Assembly (NCBI GenBank): GCA_963827655.1
Contig: CAWHCF010000038.1
Coordinates: 128,001-192,000, forward strand
Length of the DNA stretch: 64,000 nucleotides
Reading direction: 5' to 3'
Source: an uncultured Acidobacteriota bacterium
GTDB lineage: Bacteria > Acidobacteriota > UBA6911
Shown here piece after piece: positions 62,397 through 64,000 of this stretch (its first letter is position 1; the number at the start of each line of letters is the position of its first letter). Under the pieces are notes generated by a model. The model was not told the DNA's origin and did no database searches. It saw only the letters and a program-made list of their open reading frames with translations. The translations under genes were made by a program, and so were the position numbers.

Positions 62397-63335
62397 TTGC
62401 CTGTCAGAGGTGATTCGCGCGCAACGCGCCGGGCTGCAAAAATCCGCGTGCCGGCGACCACGTCGAACCTGGGATCGGGTTTTGACGCGGTCGGCCTGGC
62501 CCTCAAGCTTTACCTGGTGGTTGAAGTATTGGAGATCGATAGCGGTCCGAGCCGACTGGAGTTCAGCGGACTGGACTCCCACTTGATTCCTACGGATGAA
62601 TCCAACCTCGTGTGGCAGACTATGAGCGAAGTCGCTCAGTTGAAAGGCAAGAGTCTGCCGGATTTCTTGCTGCGGATTGAGAATCAGATTCCGATCGCAA
62701 AGGGACTGGGCAGCAGCGCCGCGGCCATTCTTGCCGGCGCCGCTGCCGCAGATTTCCTTTGCCGTCTCAACTTCGCGCGTGAGAGTCTGCTGGAGATTGC
62801 AGCGGAAAGGGAAGGGCATCCCGACAACGCGGCTCCGGCATTAATGGGAGGGCTGGTGGTTTCGATCGGCGGAGAAAAGACTCTGTGTTCCAAATCGCAG
62901 TTTCCGGAGGAATGGGCCGTGGTCGCCGTCACCCCCGACTACGAGTTGCAGACGAAGAAGGCCCGGGCGGTGCTCCCTGAACAGATCCCGCACCGCGACG
63001 CTGTCTATAATGTGCAGCGGGCGGCCTTCCTGATGGCGCAGCTCGCCCAGGGACGCCGGGAAGGGCTACGAGAGGCAATGGCCGATCGCCTGCACCAGCC
63101 TTATCGCTCCGCTCTGATACCTGGTCTGGCGGAAATCCTCGAATTGAAGGTCTCACAGGGAATGATCGGCGTGGCGCTCTCAGGAGCAGGATCCACCGTG
63201 ATAGCTTTTGCGGACTCACATGCCGAGGAAATAGGCGAGGAAATTCGTGGGATTTTCTCGCGCCACCATTTGACTGCCACGGTTCGCTTGCTCAAGGCCG
63301 ACAACGAGGGACTCGTCATAAGTAGTAGCCAGTAG
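62397..63335 (+). CDS. thrB: Homoserine kinase
   Basis: VPATTSNLGSGFD, PIAKGLGSS, EGHPDN, LSGAGS. Confidence 0.95.
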   Translation: MPVRGDSRATRRAAKIRVPATTSNLGSGFDAVGLALKLYLVVEVLEIDSGPSRLEFSGLDSHLIPTDESNLVWQTMSEVAQLKGKSLPDFLLRIENQIPIAKGLGSSAAAILAGAAAADFLCRLNFARESLLEIAAEREGHPDNAAPALMGGLVVSIGGEKTLCSKSQFPEEWAVVAVTPDYELQTKKARAVLPEQIPHRDAVYNVQRAAFLMAQLAQGRREGLREAMADRLHQPYRSALIPGLAEILELKVSQGMIGVALSGAGSTVIAFADSHAEEIGEEIRGIFSRHHLTATVRLLKADNEGLVISSSQ

Positions 63336-63380
63336 TCAGTAACCGGTAGGCGGAAGGCAACGGCGGCAGGCAGAGGGAAG

Positions 63381-64000
63381 ATGAACGAACAAAGAAGAAG
63401 ATTCACACCCATGATTCCCCGGGGCGTTCAGTGTTATTTCGGTGAAGAGGTAAACCGTCGCCGCAAAGTTGAGGCGATCCTGGCGGGAATCATGAAGAGC
63501 TGGGGTTTCCAGGAAATCATCCTGCCTTTTTTTGACTACGTTGAAGTCTTTTCTTACGGGCTGGGATCGGAGCTGGGAGATAGGACCTACCGTTTTATAG
63601 ACCAGGATGGATCGGTGCTGGCGCTGCGCCCTGATCTTACGACACTGGTAGCGAAAACCGTAGCCACGCGCATGACCGGTCAAGCGCTGCCGATCAAACT
63701 TCTTTACTCCGGAGAAGTGTTTCGCCATGAGCGGGCAGGCGCGGGGAGGCAGAAGGAATTCTATCAGATTGGTCTTGAGACGATGGGCATCGCCGAAATC
63801 TGGTCGGATATCGAGGTGATACTCCTGGCGATAGATTGCCTGTTGCACCTCGGAGTGGATGACTTCAAGATCGTCCTGGGTCACGTGGGCTTCTTCAACG
63901 GGATCGTTGAGGGATTGAGTCTCTCGCGTGAAAAAGCCGGCGCGCTGCGTGAAGCAATCGATCACAAGGACAGCGCCTGGTTGAAAGACGAAATCGCCCA
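63381..64000 (+). CDS. hisZ: ATP phosphoribosyltransferase regulatory subunit (partial; not in ORF track)
   Basis: Manual translation IPRGV...LALRPDLTT...GEVFRHE...EFYQIGLE; HisZ preferred over HisS but only the N-part is visible. Confidence 0.8.
   Translation, partial: MNEQRRRFTPMIPRGVQCYFGEEVNRRRKVEAILAGIMKSWGFQEIILPFFDYVEVFSYGLGSELGDRTYRFIDQDGSVLALRPDLTTLVAKTVATRMTGQALPIKLLYSGEVFRHERAGAGRQKEFYQIGLETMGIAEIWSDIEVILLAIDCLLHLGVDDFKIVLGHVGFFNGIVEGLSLSREKAGALREAIDHKDSAWLKDEIA

Noticed and set aside
63336-63965. Minus-strand 209-aa ORF
   Set aside because: Antisense to the hisZ frame starting at 63381.

Overview
GC-rich bacterial chromosomal window, probably Acidobacteria (inferred from gene content and repeat families). 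Many ordinary genes are split by single-base indels, which suggests uncorrected long-read errors. It contains: (i) a SEFIR/TIR-P-loop NTPase gene translationally coupled to a separate winged-helix/TPR gene, i.e. a split NLR/STAND-like candidate defence pair; (ii) a ParB-like gene followed by a spore-photoproduct-lyase-family radical SAM gene; (iii) a Psr/Ttr-like molybdoenzyme complex with no Tat signal; (iv) CopA, PhoD, an Omp85 barrel with a 965-aa partner, sulfatases and a Na+/solute symporter; (v) a solitary integron attC site in front of an ICL/PEP-mutase gene; (vi) a TonB-dependent receptor preceded by a CxxC/RGPP (CruR/DUF2946-like) leader ORF; (vii) a UGA-recoded UshA-like selenoprotein fused to a tetraheme cytochrome c; (viii) a ~13.5 kb island bounded by a ~331-bp direct repeat at the dinB 5' end. 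The island carries an IS481/IS3-like element, an IS91 transposase split at its HUH motif by a 9.6-kb segment with 16-bp direct repeats, a signal-peptide RHS toxin, ExeA and AAA_25 ATPases and an IS1 remnant; (ix) dinB, aroDE, thrB and hisZ. Core intergenic regions are full of head-to-head heptamer and nonamer tandem-repeat cassettes, which I did not see inside the island.
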